Source: an uncultured Chloroflexia bacterium (GTDB lineage Bacteria > Chloroflexota > Limnocylindria > Limnocylindrales > CSP1-4). From it: 64,000 bases of DNA. The position numbers and the translations under genes were made by a program. The stretch lies in the NCBI GenBank assembly GCA_963790915.1, contig CAWBQS010000003.1:856304-920303 (forward strand), in the 5' to 3' direction. This document shows, piece after piece, positions 61,981 to 64,000 of this stretch; within the stretch, counting starts at the first letter, position 1, and the number at the start of each line of letters is the position of its first letter. A model generated the notes under the pieces. The model had not been told where the DNA came from. It did not search any database and saw only the letters and a list, made by a program, of their open reading frames with translations.

Positions 61981-63114
61981 GCCGCCCTCCGTGCCCGGTG
62001 CTGGGTCCGTGGGCGCCTCAGCGGCGGCCGCCGCGGCAGCGGTGGCGCCGGCATCGGCAGGTGAGCCGGCGCCTGCAGGGACGGCAGGCTGCGGCAGCAG
62101 TCGATCACCCTGCGGGAAGCGTGCCTTGGTACGCAGCGCCAGCGCGCCCAGGATGACGTAGACGGCGAAGTACGTGATCACCTTGTCGATCGGGTCAGAG
62201 ACGAGGCTCTGGCCCAGGACGGCCTGCTGGAGGTTCGCTCCCGCCTGCCGCAGCGCGGCGATGACGAAGTCGCCGCCGGAGCCGGTCACCCCGCCGAAGA
62301 GGCTGGCGGCGATGGGTGCCGCGACGAGGGCCGCCACAAGGCCCGTGATGACACCGGCGACCACGAGCCAGGCGGCCGCCAGGTCGCGCTGGCGCAGGAG
62401 GAGCCAGGCGAGGCCGATCCCCGTGATGAGCACCAGCCCGATGGCCAGCCAGCCAAGCGCCAGGCCCGCCACGTCGTCGGCCTGGGCCGCGGCGGCGTCG
62501 CCGCCGACCACCTGCCAGGCCCTCAATGCGAGGACGGCCATGAGGGCCACCAGGCCGATGGCCACGGTCGCGGCGACGACCAGGCGGGCTCCGCTGGCGC
62601 CGGGTCGCGGGCGCAGCCAACCCCACTGCGCGAAGGTGCCAGCCAGCAGGCCCACGACCACGGCCACCAGCGCGAACGGGGCGGCGTATGGGCTGTTGAA
62701 CGGCGGCGGCGCCAGGTACGTCCAGACGAGGTTGGCGAGCAGACCCGTGACCGCGCCGGCCAGCGGCCCGGCCAGGGCCGCGACGAGGATGGTGCCCACC
62801 GAATCGAGGTAGATGGGCAGTTTGAGCACACTGCTCACCACGGTGCCGAGCACGATGTCGAGGGCCATGGCCAGCGGCATCAGGGCCAGGGTCCGCGTGT
62901 CGAACTGGCGCCGCAGCGATGCCAACTGGCCCGTCTGGAGGTACTCGATGAGGGCATACGTGGCGATGCCCGCGGGGACCGCCAGGAGCGTCAGCAGCGA
63001 CCACGAGTCGGCGGCCCGCTCGGGATCGATGCGAAGCAGGACGAGGACGCCCAGCAGGCCGACCAGCAGGCCGACCGTCAGGCCTCCGCCCACCCGCACC
63101 CACGTCGCCGCCAT
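61966..63114 (-). CDS. ECF transporter S component, enlarged
   Basis: LKLPIYLDSVGTILVAALAGP, FGGVTGSG, DPIDK. Confidence 0.82.
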   Translation of the reverse strand: MAATWVRVGGGLTVGLLVGLLGVLVLLRIDPERAADSWSLLTLLAVPAGIATYALIEYLQTGQLASLRRQFDTRTLALMPLAMALDIVLGTVVSSVLKLPIYLDSVGTILVAALAGPLAGAVTGLLANLVWTYLAPPPFNSPYAAPFALVAVVVGLLAGTFAQWGWLRPRPGASGARLVVAATVAIGLVALMAVLALRAWQVVGGDAAAAQADDVAGLALGWLAIGLVLITGIGLAWLLLRQRDLAAAWLVVAGVITGLVAALVAAPIAASLFGGVTGSGGDFVIAALRQAGANLQQAVLGQSLVSDPIDKVITYFAVYVILGALALRTKARFPQGDRLLPQPAVPAGAGSPADAGATAAAAAAAEAPTDPAPGTEGGHAAR

Positions 63115-63259
63115 GCGCCTCCCTCGTGCTGCCCCGTGTTCCCTCGCGCCGGACTCGCGGCCCGCTGCCCGCCAGAGTGCCACGTCCGTCGACCCGCCGG
63201 CTTGCTAGCATCGGGCGCGCGACCTGAGCTCCGGCTGGACGCCGGGCCGCGCACGAGAG

Positions 63260-64000
63260 GACTGCCATCACATTCGCCACGACGGCATTCGCCGTCTTCC
63301 TCCTGCTGGTCGCCCTCGTCTACTGGTGCCTGCCGCGGCGGTGGCGGCCGGGGTGGTTGCTGGTCGCCAGCCTGCTCTTCTACGCCTCCTGGGACGTGGG
63401 CTACCTGGGCGGCTTCCTGCTGCTCATCGGCGCCAACTACGGCCTGGCCCTGGCAGCGGCCGGTCGACACGGCCGAGCCGCGACGACCGCGGCGATCGTG
63501 TTGGACCTGGCAGTGCTGGGCGGCTTCAAGCTCATGGACGTGCTCATCGGCAGCAGCGCCTCCCTGCTCTCCTGGCTGACCGGCCAACCCGTGGATTGGG
63601 GCGGCCTGGACATCGTCCTGCCGGTGGCCGTCAGCTTCGTCAGCTTCACGCTCATCGCCTACGTCGTCGATGTCCACCGCGGCCAGCCCGCGGAGCGCGA
63701 CCTGCTGCACTTCGCGGTCTTCGTGGCCTTCTTCCCGCGCCTCCTGGCCGGCCCCATCGTGCGCGCCCAGGAGTTCCTGCCCCAGCTGCGCTTCCGACGC
63801 TCCTTCGGCCTGGCCCTGCTCCACGGGGCCACCCCACTCCTCGTCACCGGCCTGCTCAAGAAGGCGGTGGCCGACCAGCTCTCGCCCATCGTGGGCGACG
63901 GCTTCGCCAACACGGGCAGGTACGGCTCGCTGGCCCTGCTGGCCATCGCCATCGCCTGGACGTTCCAGCTCTACCTCGACTTCGCCGGCTACACGGACAT
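63260..64000 (+). CDS. MBOAT O-acyltransferase (AlgI/DltB-like), partial, frameshifted
   Basis: ASLLFYASW, LPVAVSFVSF, FFPRLLAGPIVR, GLLKKAVADQL, QLYLDFAGYTD. Confidence 0.88.

Overview
Very GC-rich bacterial DNA. The gene repertoire resembles Chloroflexota, possibly Ca. Limnocylindria (inference only). Positions 1 to about 21955 look like the right-hand part of a genomic island integrated at the 3' end of tRNA-Arg(CCG). It ends in an XRE regulator and a large serine recombinase whose ORF runs into the tRNA. Its cargo is copper/redox/envelope genes (multicopper oxidase, cupredoxins, HMA proteins, YHS, Lgt-like, Rieske, two OmpR-family two-component systems), linked by recurring 11-bp-periodic CTCAG boxes. 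Inside the island an IS256 is split by an IS110. The IS110's non-coding end contains readable bridge-RNA guides matching both the IS256 target site and the element's own donor junction. The rest is mostly core chromosome: fumC, a candidate ~225-nt structured RNA, HisA-like, DUF885, ltaE, tRNA-Asp, CapA, sulfotransferases, Flp pilins, kamA, an Rrf2-sufC-sufS-sufU-moeZ-cysO-cysM-mec sulfur operon, nucleoside ABC and ECF transporters, and an MBOAT gene. Many genes carry single frameshifts, most likely sequencing or assembly indels.
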